Positions 48,100 to 58,625 of a stretch of 60,626 nucleotides of DNA are shown piece after piece. The DNA comes from a virus (Duplodnaviria > Caudoviricetes). Under the pieces are notes generated by a model. The model searched no databases. It saw nothing but the letters and a program-made list of their open reading frames with translations, and had not been told where the DNA came from. The stretch's first letter is position 1, and every line of letters starts with the position of its first letter. Made by a program: the position numbers and the translations under genes. The stretch covers positions 1 to 60,626 of the IMG/VR virus record IMGVR_UViG_3300008113_004447; one strand, written 5' to 3'.

Positions 48100-48288
48100 A
48101 TGTCAACAGTTGATCAATTAAAAGCAGACTTCGAAGCATTCTTGGCAGAGGACGCAAAGTTTACAGCAGGTAATGGCGCAGCAGGTACTCGCGCTCGTAA
48201 AGCTCTACAAGAAGTTGCCAAGGGTGTTAAAGCTCGCCGCAATGAAATTACGACAGAAAAGAACGCCCGCAAAGAAGCCAAGGCTTAA
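48100..48288 (+). CDS. Histone H1-like (Hc1 family) small basic protein
   Basis: KFTAGNGAAGTRARKALQE...RRNEI. Confidence 0.75.
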   Translation: MSTVDQLKADFEAFLAEDAKFTAGNGAAGTRARKALQEVAKGVKARRNEITTEKNARKEAKA

Positions 48289-48292
48289 TACA

Positions 48293-48805
48293 ATGAGCGA
48301 TCAAGATTCTACAGTAGATCTTGGTGAAGACGGTGCCACTGCCACCATCGATTGGGGTGGCACTGATACCATTACTCTTAGCCCAAGTACCTACGGAATT
48401 GACCTAAGCCGCTTTAGTACTAATACTTTGAGTACTGGTACTAATACTATTTCAATGCCGTCCAGTTCTACATATTACAGCCCAGGTGCAACTGTTGGTG
48501 GCATTACCACTATCAACAACATTAGCAACAATAGCCAATGGACTACCGGGACTAGCGGTTATACATTTAATAACACTCCGAACACTGTTCATATTAGCAA
48601 CACTGGTATTGAAATGGCAGCTGGTACTGATATTACTGTTGATGGACAGAGTCTGAAAAAGTTCATGAAGAAAATGGAACAGCGACTTGCTATTCTAGTA
48701 CCTGATCCTGCTAAGTTAGAAAAATTTGAAGCACTTAAAAAAGCCTACGAACATTATAAAACAATGGAAAGTCTTTGTTTTGATGAACCGGAAGAAGAGC
48801 AGTGA
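48293..48805 (+). CDS. Hypothetical Ser/Thr-rich protein
   Basis: C-terminus EQRLAILVPDP..LEKFEALKKAYEHYK. Confidence 0.7.
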   Translation: MSDQDSTVDLGEDGATATIDWGGTDTITLSPSTYGIDLSRFSTNTLSTGTNTISMPSSSTYYSPGATVGGITTINNISNNSQWTTGTSGYTFNNTPNTVHISNTGIEMAAGTDITVDGQSLKKFMKKMEQRLAILVPDPAKLEKFEALKKAYEHYKTMESLCFDEPEEEQ

Positions 48806-49341
48806 ACATTGAAGTACTTGATGATTTAATTCCAAAACATCTACAAGATTTTTTTGAATTAAGTATTTTGGGAAAGTCGGGCGATAAACAAATGCACCCG
48901 ATAGTTTCTTTAAAGGTCAAATACGAATTATCAGCAGAAGAACAGTATGCTCCTATGAGTTTTGTTCATGTGTTAAAATCATCAAATACGCTTTCAGAGC
49001 ACTTGCCTAACTTTGGGCTGATACCCCAGCTGGCATGTGGACACATTGGGCGTGTCATGAAAGAAATAATTGTAGCAAGGATATTTGTTTTAATGCCCTA
49101 TACCACAGATTTGGAACACTATTCGCCACATGTGGACTTGCCCTTTCCACATACTGTTGTGTTATACTATGTCAATGACGCAGATGGTGACACAGTGATC
49201 TTTGACCAAGACAACAACATTGTAAAACGTGTTTCACCCAAGCGTGGTCGCATTTTAATGTTCGATGGTACACTGTACCACGGTGGTGGAGTTCCAAAAG
49301 ATGGTCCTCGCTGCGCTATTAATTTTGATATTGTTACCTAA
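48802..49341 (+). CDS. 2OG-Fe(II) oxygenase
   Basis: PHVD...LYYVNDADGDT...FDGTLYH...RCAINF; paralog of 19645-20238. Confidence 0.85.
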   Translation: MNIEVLDDLIPKHLQDFFELSILGKSGDKQMHPIVSLKVKYELSAEEQYAPMSFVHVLKSSNTLSEHLPNFGLIPQLACGHIGRVMKEIIVARIFVLMPYTTDLEHYSPHVDLPFPHTVVLYYVNDADGDTVIFDQDNNIVKRVSPKRGRILMFDGTLYHGGGVPKDGPRCAINFDIVT

Positions 49342-49351
49342 GGAAATTTAA

Positions 49352-50029
49352 ATGGATGTTCGATTACTCAGCTACAGTCAACCCACACAGGAATTTGCAG
49401 ATCTTGGTATCGGAGATGCACAGGAACTCATTGCGTATTGCGCCCGTGTCAGCAATCCTAGCAACCAACTTAACACCGAGACATCAGAAAAACTTATCCG
49501 ATACTTGGTCAAGCACCAACACTGGAGCCCACTCGAAATGGTCTCCGCCTGTATCGAAATTACCACAACCAGAGACATTGCTCGACAAATCTTGCGACAC
49601 AGAAGTTTTAGTTTCCAAGAGTTCAGTCAGCGATATGCTGACCCTACTAAAGACCTGTCGTTTGTATTGCGAGAAGCTAGACTCCAAGATACAAAAAACA
49701 GACAGAACAGCATCTCAACAGATGATACAGAGTTACAAGCATGGTGGGAAGCTAAACAAAAATGGATCATCGAACAATCTAAAAACGCATATGCCCAAGC
49801 TATCGATAAAGGCATAGCAAAAGAACAAGCCCGTGCTGTATTACCAGAAGGGCTTACAGAAAGTCGACTATATATGAATGGCACATTGCGTAGTTGGATT
49901 CACTTTATTGAATTGCGTAGTGCTAATGGTACCCAATTGGAGCATCAAGAAGTTGCGGTTGCTTGCGCCAAAGCAATTGCTGCAATTTTTCCAATGACTG
50001 GAAGTTTAATTAATAATCAAGGAGATTAA
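49352..50029 (+). CDS. thyX: Flavin-dependent thymidylate synthase
   Basis: HWSPLE; RQILRHRSFSFQEFSQRY. Confidence 0.95.
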   Translation: MDVRLLSYSQPTQEFADLGIGDAQELIAYCARVSNPSNQLNTETSEKLIRYLVKHQHWSPLEMVSACIEITTTRDIARQILRHRSFSFQEFSQRYADPTKDLSFVLREARLQDTKNRQNSISTDDTELQAWWEAKQKWIIEQSKNAYAQAIDKGIAKEQARAVLPEGLTESRLYMNGTLRSWIHFIELRSANGTQLEHQEVAVACAKAIAAIFPMTGSLINNQGD

Positions 50030-50030
50030 C

Positions 50031-50723
50031 ATGTTTGGAACAGGATATACTGGAAATGAATTAGCGTATCGCTCAGCTTCGGGCATTAACGAAGCCATGG
50101 GGCGAGTGTATGGACACATGAGTCTTGCTGTAATTACCAGCATGCTTATAAGTTATTTTGTGGGAACTAGCCCTGAGCTCTTGCAATTCTTTTTCACCGG
50201 AGTCATGAAGTGGATTGTGATGTTTGCGCCACTAGTTGCTATTCTTGGAATGACATTTGCTTCTGAGAAATTAGATAAAACAGGATTACAAATCTTCTTG
50301 CATGGTTTTGCCGCCCTGATGGGATTGAGTTTTGCTGTAATCTTTGCGGTGTTTACTATGGGAAGTATCGTTACAGCCTTTATGGGTGCGGCGGTATTGT
50401 TTGCCACTATGAGCGGATACGGATATTTCACAAAGAAAGATCTAAGCTCTATGGGCCAGATGATGTTTGTGGGGTTAATTGCTATTGTAATTGCCAGCAT
50501 CATCAATATCTTTATTGGCAGTACAGTAATGCAAATGGTTATTAGTGCGTTGGCTATCATTATTTTTATGGGATTAACTGCTTACGACACACAGAACATT
50601 CGTGAAATAGTTTCTCAAGATACTGATACTGGTCGAGAAGAAGTATTTGGTGCACTTAGTTTATATATGAATTTTATTAATTTGTTTTTAAGCCTATTAC
50701 AATTATTTGGCGATCGTAAATGA
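50031..50723 (+). CDS. Bax inhibitor-1/YccA family membrane protein
   Basis: Multiple TM helices; YDTQ; ALSLYMNFINLF. Confidence 0.9.
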   Translation: MFGTGYTGNELAYRSASGINEAMGRVYGHMSLAVITSMLISYFVGTSPELLQFFFTGVMKWIVMFAPLVAILGMTFASEKLDKTGLQIFLHGFAALMGLSFAVIFAVFTMGSIVTAFMGAAVLFATMSGYGYFTKKDLSSMGQMMFVGLIAIVIASIINIFIGSTVMQMVISALAIIIFMGLTAYDTQNIREIVSQDTDTGREEVFGALSLYMNFINLFLSLLQLFGDRK

Positions 50724-51103
50724 CCGAACGGCTTGATCAGTTTTGTAAGAACTACGAAATACAAATCGTAGATGATCAAAAACGTAGGGCCAGATATCAC
50801 CCCCCTACGTATTTTACAGATCCTCTGCGAGCAGACATTGTCAGCAAGGATTTTGTAGAATATGAAACAGAGAAAGTCTTCACAGTTCAAATACCAGAAA
50901 GTAGATTTCGTGCCCTAGTCGAAATGGAACAGAGATTTTTTGGCAATCACACTCACGGTTATAGTGATGCTGACATGTTTTCCATGCTTATGGAAAAAGA
51001 ACGTGAAGAAAGTTGGTATCGGCAATCAAACAACGGTATTAAAAAAGCCTACGAGCAATATAGTATTATGTTAAACTTAGCAGGATATCAGAGGAAAATA
51101 TAG
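50720..51103 (+). CDS. Hypothetical protein
   Basis: Coupled ORF. Confidence 0.7.
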   Translation: MTERLDQFCKNYEIQIVDDQKRRARYHPPTYFTDPLRADIVSKDFVEYETEKVFTVQIPESRFRALVEMEQRFFGNHTHGYSDADMFSMLMEKEREESWYRQSNNGIKKAYEQYSIMLNLAGYQRKI

Positions 51104-51312
51104 TGGAAACTAAAAAAAGAACAGTAGTAAGAATGCTTACATATCGATTAACAGCATGGTTGTTTACAATCTTTTGGACATATTTGTTTACTGGAGATAT
51201 TAGTAGTGCCACAGGATTTGCCACAGCATTGCACATTCTTTTAAGTATAGATTATTACATTCACGAAAGAATTTGGTTAAAGATTAAATGGGGCAAAATT
51301 GATGCATCTTGA
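51103..51312 (+). CDS. DUF2061-like small membrane protein
   Basis: ETKKRT...TYR...YYIHERIW.KIKWG. Confidence 0.7.
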   Translation: METKKRTVVRMLTYRLTAWLFTIFWTYLFTGDISSATGFATALHILLSIDYYIHERIWLKIKWGKIDAS

Positions 51313-51373
51313 CATGTTTCTAGAAAGATAGTATAATTAAAGTGTTCGACAGGATAATCTTTAAGGAATAAAA

Positions 51374-52210
51374 ATGCGTAGTCATTATTGGACAATTGGA
51401 AAATTTGCAGACTGGGTTCGAGGAACTCCAGGTCCCGGAGCATTGACCTCTGAAGGATGGGATGCATGGCATACCAAAGCACAAACAGAGCATCCTATTC
51501 GCTATTGGATAGCCGAAGAAGGGATCGACTATGTTCAAAAATTTGTTTACTATATACCGGACCGACTAAATGACATACGCTATTATATTAATAATCGCTG
51601 GGTCTCTCACAGCCATGCTCTTACGGCCCATCCTCGAGACATACAACCGGGTAACTGGAGTGATGTTGGCAGTCGCTTTCTTCCTTGTATGTTCAACGAG
51701 CTTGTGGACTTTGTTGAAATAGAACAAGCATGGCATCACTGCATGTGGAGTGATGAAGCCAAAACTGAATTTGAAGTGCCTTGGTATCGCAAAGGTTGGC
51801 TACGTTGGCGTACATGGCGCTGTCCAGAAGCAGGCATGGAATATCTCAAGTGGGCAAGTGGACTGGTGATAGACGAAAATATGGGATCTAATCCTGACAG
51901 CAAGGGCTACGGCCAACCAACTTATCAAGCTAATAGTGCTAAAGAAATCATCGAGCTGTACACTTGGTGGACTGTGACTTATCGTGCTCGTCCAGACCCT
52001 TATGAAGCAAGTGGATGGACTGCGGCATGTGAAGCAAGTCGTGAAGCCAATGGTGGCAAACTAAGTTTTAGCACACCTAAAGATCCTGCCCGTAAAAAGG
52101 CACAAGACAAGGCACACAAACTTCTTCAAAAGATCGAAGCAGATTATGAAAAAGAGGATGAAGCCATGATGATCCGACTTATTAAAATTCGAAATAGTTT
52201 GTGGACTTGA
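51374..52210 (+). CDS. Hypothetical Trp-rich phage protein
   Basis: 278 aa; promoter TTGACA...TATAAT and AAGGA upstream. Confidence 0.75.
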   Translation: MRSHYWTIGKFADWVRGTPGPGALTSEGWDAWHTKAQTEHPIRYWIAEEGIDYVQKFVYYIPDRLNDIRYYINNRWVSHSHALTAHPRDIQPGNWSDVGSRFLPCMFNELVDFVEIEQAWHHCMWSDEAKTEFEVPWYRKGWLRWRTWRCPEAGMEYLKWASGLVIDENMGSNPDSKGYGQPTYQANSAKEIIELYTWWTVTYRARPDPYEASGWTAACEASREANGGKLSFSTPKDPARKKAQDKAHKLLQKIEADYEKEDEAMMIRLIKIRNSLWT

Positions 52211-52211
52211 T

Positions 52212-52397
52212 ATGAAAACATCATCTTTTAGAAATTGGATTCAGGAATTATGGATGCAACATAAAGACGAGTACACGGATTTGAAACTTCCAATTCCCGA
52301 AGAAACCTTATCTGAGTACTTTCAGAAATACAAATTTTGGCTCAAGAGAGAATACCGGCACCAATTAACATTAGAAAAGGAAAAACATGGACACTAA
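52212..52397 (+). CDS. Hypothetical protein
   Basis: ORF in operon. Confidence 0.6.
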   Translation: MKTSSFRNWIQELWMQHKDEYTDLKLPIPEETLSEYFQKYKFWLKREYRHQLTLEKEKHGH

Positions 52398-52626
52398 TTC
52401 AGATAACGGACTTGACGACCTGTATCAAGAATACTGGGCTATTCATGCTAAAATGATTGACAAGGATAACAATCCATTAGAGATTGCCGCTATCTTGATG
52501 GCACAATCATTGAGTATGTACAAAACTATTCTTGATACTGATGAGTATAATAAGATTGTAGACAACATTGCAGATCTTCGAGACAAAGTGCAGATTCTAT
52601 CGCAGGACCAACAGTATATTCAATGA
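52387..52626 (+). CDS. Hypothetical protein
   Basis: AAGGA RBS. Confidence 0.65.
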   Translation: MDTNSDNGLDDLYQEYWAIHAKMIDKDNNPLEIAAILMAQSLSMYKTILDTDEYNKIVDNIADLRDKVQILSQDQQYIQ

Positions 52627-52773
52627 AACAATTTATTTCGACTATCCTCTTTCATATAGGCGATTGGGTCAGTTACCCTATGTGTAAATTTGATTGGGCA
52701 TGGTTGTATCCGATTTATAACAAGCTCATGACTTGGAGTTCTAATTTAGACACTGCTGGAAAGATTTGGAAAG

Positions 52774-53313
52774 ATGGATAAGGTTTCAAAGAGTCCCGAA
52801 CGACATACCTTTCAAATGGAAGGATATATCAAGCGCCAGGAAGAGAAAGGATTAGAACCTCTTGAAGAATATATTGAGATGTTCAAAACCTGGCGCCAAC
52901 AGGATGAAGAAAATCTCGTGGATCCAGCGTGGCAAAAAGACAACATGCAGTACGATCTCCGTAGCACCGAATGGATTCTAGAAAAGGTCCGGACAAATGA
53001 AAATTATGCTCAAAATCTCTACGCCGCTATCTGTAATAACGACTTTCAAAAATTAGACGTCATCCCCATTCTCAAGAATCAAACCTGGAGCGCCTCGTGG
53101 CGTTCCGCCGGAGGCATTATTGCCGACATGAGAGAACAAGGTGACTATATCGATTGGTATTGTAGCGGCATCGGCAATGACGAGTCAGGGTACGGATTGG
53201 ATCACCGGCAGGCAACCGGGTATGTACCCGAAGGTGTAGTCACAGAAGAAATCAAAAACGACTTAAAAACCCTTGGTTGGGTAGTGTTACAACAAGATTT
53301 GGATAACTATTAA
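52774..53313 (+). CDS. Hypothetical phage protein
   Basis: YAQNLYAA.CN...SWRSAGG...YIDWYCSG. Confidence 0.75.
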   Translation: MDKVSKSPERHTFQMEGYIKRQEEKGLEPLEEYIEMFKTWRQQDEENLVDPAWQKDNMQYDLRSTEWILEKVRTNENYAQNLYAAICNNDFQKLDVIPILKNQTWSASWRSAGGIIADMREQGDYIDWYCSGIGNDESGYGLDHRQATGYVPEGVVTEEIKNDLKTLGWVVLQQDLDNY

Positions 53314-53335
53314 TTTTAGGAGATGGTAATTTAAA

Positions 53336-53527
53336 ATGAACTTCGAACTTTATGAAGTTTGGGCAGTTGAAGATGACGGTCACGAAGAGTTGCTCGAAAC
53401 AACAGCTAGCAGAAAACAAGCATTTGAATTTGCAAAAAGCAGTCTGGATGAAGATTGTAAAGAAGTAATTATATATCGTGAAAACGATCAGGGTGAATTG
53501 CAGGAAGTAGAACGGTTGACATCGTGA
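53336..53527 (+). CDS. Small acidic hypothetical protein
   Basis: AGGAG upstream. Confidence 0.6.
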   Translation: MNFELYEVWAVEDDGHEELLETTASRKQAFEFAKSSLDEDCKEVIIYRENDQGELQEVERLTS

Positions 53528-53576
53528 GCAAATGGTGTTATAATATACATATTGTTAAACGATACTAGGAGCAAAC

Positions 53577-54755
53577 ATGGCAACTAAGGCAAAACATCTA
53601 GCAGAAGCTCGGGCATCTAAAGGAAAAGATTATTCTCCAAAGTGGGATAATGTCAATGAGTTAACTACTGATCAATATTCCAAACACTTTCGTGTTAGTA
53701 TGCAATGGTATCGATTAGAGTCGAGTGGTAGAGAACTTAAACCCAAAGTAATCAATTGGATGAGTACTGCTGGGTATTCTAAAGAAGATATTGCTAGTTT
53801 TAAAAAGTCCAAAGATAATCGCTGTTCTCTTACTATGGGATCTATTGCAGCCTGCTTGCTTAGAGGCATGCCAGATGTAAGAGAAGATTTCAATCAAGGC
53901 CGATCAACTGTTGCCTGGTTACGGGATGCTATTAAAGATGCCCTCGAACAAGGAAAATACGATATTGATGAAGATGCAGTGGCAGAAGCGGCTGAGGCAG
54001 TTAAGACAACCGTGTATGTACCCAGTATTCAGGAACGGTTGCGTGAATCGGCAATTGGTATGACTACTGAAATTGAAGATGCTATTGAAAATTTCCAAGC
54101 AGATCCAGAAGCATTTGATCCAAAAGCATTTAAAATTTTAAATCTTCTCAAAGCTAAACAAGCTAAAGCCGCACACACTCGTATCATTAAGAACTTTTAT
54201 ATTCGAAATTTAGAAGAACTTACCGAAGCTGCTAATACAAAAGAAGAACAACTTAAAGAAGCATACAGCCATCTAAGTAAGATTCAACTAAAGAAAATTA
54301 CAGCGTTCTATCAGGAAGTTGTTAGTGCCTGCGATATGCTTGGACAAGAAGCCAAAGTTAATCGCAAGCCACGTGCCAAGAAACCCACAGATAAATCTAA
54401 AGTGGTTGCTAAACTCAAATATCAAAAGACTAACGAGCCACTAAAACTTGTAAGTATTAATCCAGAAGATATTATAGGTGCCCAAGAATTATGGATTTAT
54501 AATAGTAAATCACGTAAATTAGGCCGCTATGTTGCAGACGAATACAAAGAACTCAGCGTTAAAGGTACTACAATTACTGGCTTCAATGAAAGTAAATCTG
54601 TACAAAAGACTGTACGTAAGCCCGAGGAAAAACTCAAAGAGTTTAAGGCAGCTAACAAAGTTGCGTTACGTAAGTTCTTGGACGAGATTAACGCTACAGA
54701 TGCCCGCATGAACGGACGCATTAACGAAGAAACCATTTTACTTAAAATTGCCTGA
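53577..54755 (+). CDS. Hypothetical Lys-rich phage protein
   Basis: 392 aa; promoter TTGACA-17 nt-TATAAT and AGGAG RBS. Confidence 0.8.
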   Translation: MATKAKHLAEARASKGKDYSPKWDNVNELTTDQYSKHFRVSMQWYRLESSGRELKPKVINWMSTAGYSKEDIASFKKSKDNRCSLTMGSIAACLLRGMPDVREDFNQGRSTVAWLRDAIKDALEQGKYDIDEDAVAEAAEAVKTTVYVPSIQERLRESAIGMTTEIEDAIENFQADPEAFDPKAFKILNLLKAKQAKAAHTRIIKNFYIRNLEELTEAANTKEEQLKEAYSHLSKIQLKKITAFYQEVVSACDMLGQEAKVNRKPRAKKPTDKSKVVAKLKYQKTNEPLKLVSINPEDIIGAQELWIYNSKSRKLGRYVADEYKELSVKGTTITGFNESKSVQKTVRKPEEKLKEFKAANKVALRKFLDEINATDARMNGRINEETILLKIA

Positions 54756-54787
54756 CACTCTTTCTGTGTAGTTTGATAAATATCGTT

Positions 54788-55666
54788 ATGAACGATCAAA
54801 CTACACCTAATCCAATCGATATTATTAGCCAGGCTTTACAGGATCTAGCTGCCACACGGTCTGCTCAAGATCTTATTATTCAGGATTTAAGATTCCTAGA
54901 ATTTAAAGCTAAAAAAACCGAATCCAACAACGGGAAAGGGCTTCTTTTTAGCGGCGAGGGATACAGCCGCCAATTTGTGTTTAACACAGATCATTTCTTT
55001 TCATCCGAGCATATTAATCTTGATAGTAATAGACACTATGCTATCGACGGAGTCAAAGTTCTTGATAGCCAGTCGTTAGGATCAGGAGTTACAAAAAGTA
55101 GTTTAAAAGAAGTCGGAAGATTGAAAGGACTTATTGTAGACGGGTCCGTGGTTATAAATCAATATATGTTTTATAACGCCACAACCGATCGCTTAGGATT
55201 AGGAACAGAATCTCCTAATGCTGGGTTGAGCGTGGCGGAAAACGGTATTGAAGTGATGATTGGTTCTAATTTTGATACCAATCACGGTATCATTGGTACG
55301 TTTGGCAGTAACAATTTCGATATTGTAACTGACGACACTCCAAGAATTTCTATCAAGGCTAACGGAAACATCGATCTTGGCAATCCTACTAAAAATCCAA
55401 TTCATGTTGTAGTTCACGGAAAATTAGCTGTAGGAGTTAAGATTCCAGATCCTGCTGTTGACTTGCATGTCAACGGTGCGGTAAGACTAAACAATCATAT
55501 TCAAATGTATGCCTCGTCTACACCTAAAGAAGGAAACTATACAGTTGGTGATCTTGTGTGGAATTCTTATCCTAGATTAGGTGGATGCGTGGGTTGGGTA
55601 TGTTTGAAAGCCGGTAATCCAGGAATGTGGAACCCGTTTGGCGAGATCAAAGAATCAGGTAACTAA
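54788..55666 (+). CDS. Putative virion fibre/structural protein
   Basis: Late-type TAAATA; RLGLGTESPN and LAVGVKIPD...LHVNG repeats; GWVC...GxW end. Confidence 0.6.
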   Translation: MNDQTTPNPIDIISQALQDLAATRSAQDLIIQDLRFLEFKAKKTESNNGKGLLFSGEGYSRQFVFNTDHFFSSEHINLDSNRHYAIDGVKVLDSQSLGSGVTKSSLKEVGRLKGLIVDGSVVINQYMFYNATTDRLGLGTESPNAGLSVAENGIEVMIGSNFDTNHGIIGTFGSNNFDIVTDDTPRISIKANGNIDLGNPTKNPIHVVVHGKLAVGVKIPDPAVDLHVNGAVRLNNHIQMYASSTPKEGNYTVGDLVWNSYPRLGGCVGWVCLKAGNPGMWNPFGEIKESGN

Positions 55667-56265
55667 TGCCTATTGTTGTTGTTGGGAATGGCGAAAGTAG
55701 GCAAGTACTTGATCTACACTCTATTTCTCAACGACACACTATTGTAGGATGTAACGCATTACATCGAGACTTAGTTGTTCCGCATCTTGTATGTTGCGAT
55801 CAACGAATGGTCGACGAAGCTTTGGCTTCTCAAAATAATCAAAATACCATAATCTATACTAGACCCGAATGGGCAAAGTTTTATTCAAAGTATGTTCGTC
55901 AGGTTCCGTCTCTGCCGTATACAGGAACCCTACGACAAGATCAACTGTGGCATTGGGGTAGTGGTCCGTTGGCGTTGTTAGTGGCTTGTGGATTAGAATC
56001 CGAAACCATATACTTGGTAGGTTTTGATCTTCAAGGCAATGATAATAAATTAAACAACGTTTACAAAGATTCTAAAAATTATCTTAAATCAACCGCAACC
56101 GCAGTAGATCCAATATACTGGATTTATCAAATTGCCAAAATCTTTACATTATACCCGTCTAAATTGTTTGTGGTATTAAATAACAAAGAGTGGTCCGCAC
56201 CCAAATCATGGTCTCAAAAAAATGTTGTGTTTAAAAATATATGTGATTCAGAGGTTGACATATAA
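55666..56265 (+). CDS. Glycosyltransferase-like (GNGxS Rossmann) protein
   Basis: VVGNGESR...GCNALHRD...IYLVGFD. Confidence 0.55.
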   Translation: MPIVVVGNGESRQVLDLHSISQRHTIVGCNALHRDLVVPHLVCCDQRMVDEALASQNNQNTIIYTRPEWAKFYSKYVRQVPSLPYTGTLRQDQLWHWGSGPLALLVACGLESETIYLVGFDLQGNDNKLNNVYKDSKNYLKSTATAVDPIYWIYQIAKIFTLYPSKLFVVLNNKEWSAPKSWSQKNVVFKNICDSEVDI

Positions 56266-56378
56266 ATATCAGACTGTATAATATACAGTATACACACACA
56301 AAGAGGACTCTATGGCATCATCCCTCTCTAAACACTCTGCAGTCATCAAACTTGCTACCTATATAAAGGAGACTAGAG

Positions 56379-56894
56379 ATGGCAAAATTTTACTCAACAA
56401 AAACTTACGGCAACGACCGCGGCTTATCATGCTGTTTTAGACAATGGCGTGCCACACACAGCCACTGTTCAACACTGCATGGTTACTCAATTGGTATCAA
56501 ACTGATATTCGAGTGCGACACACTGGATGACAAAAACTGGTGCATGGACTTTGGAGGTCTAAAAGAATTCAAAGCATGGGCAGATCACATGTTCGATCAC
56601 ACACTAGTAGTTGCTGAAGACGATCCAATGCTGGATTTTTTCAAACACATGAACGAGATTGTAGACATTGAAAGCAAAGATCATCTAAGCAAACTTCCAT
56701 ACGAGCGTGGCGCCTTGTGCGATTTACGCATTGTACCTGGAGTAGGCTGTGAAATGTTTGCCAAGATGGCCTATGACCAGATGGCTGAACTTCTAGCATC
56801 AGGCGATATGCGTTATCCAATTAATCCAACTGTAAGAATCAAATCAGTTGAAGTATTTGAACACGGAGCCAATTCTGCTACTTACGAAGGGTAA
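56379..56894 (+). CDS. queD: 6-carboxy/6-pyruvoyl-tetrahydropterin synthase
   Basis: HCSTLHGY...MDFGGLK...FDHT...GCE...VEVFE. Confidence 0.85.
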   Translation: MAKFYSTKTYGNDRGLSCCFRQWRATHSHCSTLHGYSIGIKLIFECDTLDDKNWCMDFGGLKEFKAWADHMFDHTLVVAEDDPMLDFFKHMNEIVDIESKDHLSKLPYERGALCDLRIVPGVGCEMFAKMAYDQMAELLASGDMRYPINPTVRIKSVEVFEHGANSATYEG

Positions 56895-56896
56895 GT

Positions 56897-57088
56897 ATGA
56901 ATAGTTTTGAAAAAGTTTGGGCCCGGGCAACTGGGCACCGAATGGGACAAACTGATGAGGATATACCAGATGTGCCTATCCTCACTCTACGTGAAGCTCG
57001 CATTGTTTTATTCTTAAAAACTTTTTGGGTAGTCATCCACGTTGTAACCTGTGGGTTTATTATTGCCAATACCATCAGACATTGGTAA
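56897..57088 (+). CDS. Small membrane protein
   Basis: KVWARA.G...TCGFIIANTIRHW. Confidence 0.6.
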   Translation: MNSFEKVWARATGHRMGQTDEDIPDVPILTLREARIVLFLKTFWVVIHVVTCGFIIANTIRHW

Positions 57089-57096
57089 ATAATAAT

Positions 57097-57918
57097 ATGC
57101 GTACATTTAATATTCATAATATCGAACTAGGAAATAATAAACCGTTAGTATTAATTGCTGGCCCTTGTCAAATTGAAAGTCTAGATCATGCATTTGAAAC
57201 TGCTCATGCTATAAAAGAAACTTGTGATAATTTAGGGATTAAATTTATATATAAAAGCAGTTTTGATAAAGCTAATAGATCTAGCATATCAACTCAAAGA
57301 GGTATTGGAATTGACGAAGGTTTAAAAATTCTTAATACCATTAAACATAATCTTGGAGTGCCTGTTTTAACTGACATTCATGAAAGCTATCAGGCAGAGT
57401 TATGTGCAACAGCTGGCATTGACGTTTTACAAATACCAGCATTCCTATGCAGACAGACTGACCTATTATTGGCTGCTGGAGAAACCGGCTGTGCTATCAA
57501 TGTCAAGAAAGGACAGTTCCTTGCTCCCCACGATATGAAAAATGTTGCGGCAAAGATTGCTTCAACTGGTAATGAACGCATCATGTTATGCGAAAGAGGA
57601 TATACTCATGGATACAATAATCTTGTGGTGGACATGCGCAGTCTACCTATTATGGCAAGCACTGGCTATCCAGTGGTCTTTGATGCCACACATTCTGTTC
57701 AACAACCTGGAGGCATGGGAGAAAGATCTGGCGGAGATCGGACCATGGTCCCGTACCTGGCGAGAGCTGCTGTAGCCACAGGGTGTGTTGCTGCTGTGTT
57801 TATGGAAACGCACGAAGATCCAGATAACGCACCCAGCGACGGTCCTAACATGATACACATATCACAACTAAAAGTCATTTTATCTCAATTACAATCTATT
57901 GATAAGGTAGTTAAATGA
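57097..57918 (+). CDS. kdsA: KDO-8-phosphate synthase
   Basis: IAGPC, KSSFDKANRSS, QIPAFLCRQTDLL, KKGQF, DATHSVQ, SDGPN. Confidence 0.95.
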   Translation: MRTFNIHNIELGNNKPLVLIAGPCQIESLDHAFETAHAIKETCDNLGIKFIYKSSFDKANRSSISTQRGIGIDEGLKILNTIKHNLGVPVLTDIHESYQAELCATAGIDVLQIPAFLCRQTDLLLAAGETGCAINVKKGQFLAPHDMKNVAAKIASTGNERIMLCERGYTHGYNNLVVDMRSLPIMASTGYPVVFDATHSVQQPGGMGERSGGDRTMVPYLARAAVATGCVAAVFMETHEDPDNAPSDGPNMIHISQLKVILSQLQSIDKVVK

Positions 57919-58607
57919 TTTCAGTATTATGTGTTAGATTCGGTACCAAGTATGGCGTTGATTATGTTGAGCGGTTACGCAACATGGTGTCGCGGCATCT
58001 CACAGTACCCTATGAATTTTTTTGTTTGACTGACGACCCTACTCCAATTGCAGGGGTTAAACTACTAGTACAGCCTAATGCCAAATATGCTAGACCGTGG
58101 TGGCACAAAGTTCATATGTTTGATCCCACATTGGGATTACAAGGTCGTATACTTTATTTTGATCTTGATGTAATTATTCATGCAAATATTGACAAGTTAG
58201 TAGATTTTCAAGATCAAGAATTTAGAGGAATTCGAGACTTTAATAGAAAATATCATAAAGATTGGAAAATCCTTAATAGTTCCACAATGTGTTGGCCAGC
58301 AGGACAGCACTCAGATATCTATAATCATTTTATGGCTGATACAAAACGTGCCCAACAAATGCACGGCGATCAAGATTGGATTTGGCAAATAGCTAAAAAT
58401 CGAATCAAGTTTTGGCCGGACGAATGGTTAATGAGCTACAAATGGGAAATTCGAGATCGAAGTGAAATACAATTTTCTCATCCAAATAGAATCTTTCGAG
58501 ATGTTCGAAATCCTACAATTCCTAACGACTGCGCCGTTTGTGTTTTCCATGGCGATCCAAAACCGGAAGATATTAAAGATCCATTTGTAGTTGACAACTG
58601 GCGATAA
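57915..58607 (+). CDS. Glycosyltransferase (GT-A, DxD)
   Basis: YFDLDVII, NSS, GDQDWI, VFHGDPKP. Confidence 0.8.
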   Translation: MISVLCVRFGTKYGVDYVERLRNMVSRHLTVPYEFFCLTDDPTPIAGVKLLVQPNAKYARPWWHKVHMFDPTLGLQGRILYFDLDVIIHANIDKLVDFQDQEFRGIRDFNRKYHKDWKILNSSTMCWPAGQHSDIYNHFMADTKRAQQMHGDQDWIWQIAKNRIKFWPDEWLMSYKWEIRDRSEIQFSHPNRIFRDVRNPTIPNDCAVCVFHGDPKPEDIKDPFVVDNWR

Positions 58608-58625
58608 TGATGCTATACTAGTAGT

